Shown here piece after piece: positions 63,423-64,000 of a stretch of 64,000 nucleotides of DNA. This DNA is from Eledone cirrhosa (lineage: Eukaryota). Positions within the stretch are counted from its first letter, which is position 1; each line of letters starts with the position of its first letter. The notes beneath the pieces are model-generated. The model did not search any database, had not been told where the DNA came from, and worked only from the letters and a program-made list of their open reading frames with translations. A program made the position numbers and the translations under genes. The stretch is taken from NCBI GenBank assembly GCA_964016885.1, contig OZ024762.1:23746001-23810000 (forward strand). The letters run 5' to 3'.

Positions 63423-64000
63423 CCCTTTAGCATTTTAACTGGCCATATCCGGCCAGAAATCTCTCACCACTTTCTGTTCAAACCAGCCATAACCAGCCAC
63501 TCATATTGATGTTAAAGTATTGTTCTCAAAACAAATAATATCAAAATCTCATAGCTTTGATATTATGTGAGATATTATGTGATGTAAACCTTTATTGTGA
63601 AAATACAATAGTATATATAGAGTAATGTAAATGTTATGTGAGATAAAGGTTTTACTGTGACAATACAATAGTAAATATAGATTAATGTAAATGCTATGTG
63701 AGATATTATGTGAGGTAAAGCCTTTACTGTGACAATACAATAGTATATATAGAGTAATGTAAATGCTATGTGAGATATTATGTGAGGTAAAGCCTTTACT
63801 GTGACAATACAATAGTAAATATAGATTAATGTAAATGCTATGTGAGATATTATGTGAGGTAAAGCCTTTACTGTGAAAATACAATAGTATATATAGAGTA
63901 ATGTAAATGCTATGTGAGATATTATGTGAGGTAAAGCCTTTACTGTGACAATACAATAGTATATATAGAGTAATGTAAATGCTATGTGAGATATTATGTG
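63423..64000. mobile_element. Second TTAA MITE copy whose internal segment is amplified as a 72-bp tandem array (runs off window)
   Basis: TTAA|CCCTTTAGCATT start; CAATACAATAGT at 63661, 63733, 63805 and so on. The unit occurs once in 34480-34552. Confidence 0.88.

Overview
Eukaryotic, very AT-rich, repeat-saturated DNA. The (TA)n/(TG)n load and the SINE/LINE repertoire suggest a coleoid cephalopod such as octopus (inference; no search was run). I found no host protein-coding gene that I can support, and most long ORFs in the track are microsatellite artefacts. Real coding sequence is limited to two tandem, apparently identical, intact RTE-clade LINE ORFs (APE + RT, with a C4HC3 PHD-type finger inserted inside the RT region), one 5'-truncated but open CR1/L2-group RT, and decayed RTE and Tc1 fragments. 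The least obvious layer is a set of about ten unrelated short elements embedded in (TA)n tracts. These carry type I hammerhead ribozyme folds (two with fully canonical cores and stem I, at 7141-7197 + and 22923-22972 -) and often end in fold-back palindromes, as expected for Penelope-like pLTR or retrozyme-like elements. Other features are tRNA-derived SINEs (one sharing its tail with the intact RTE), a cluster of four bipartite RTE-derived elements, hAT and TTAA MITEs, four minisatellite arrays that arose from or inside transposon sequence, and a candidate 27-nt microexon. All folds and alignments were done by eye, and boundaries next to microsatellites are approximate.
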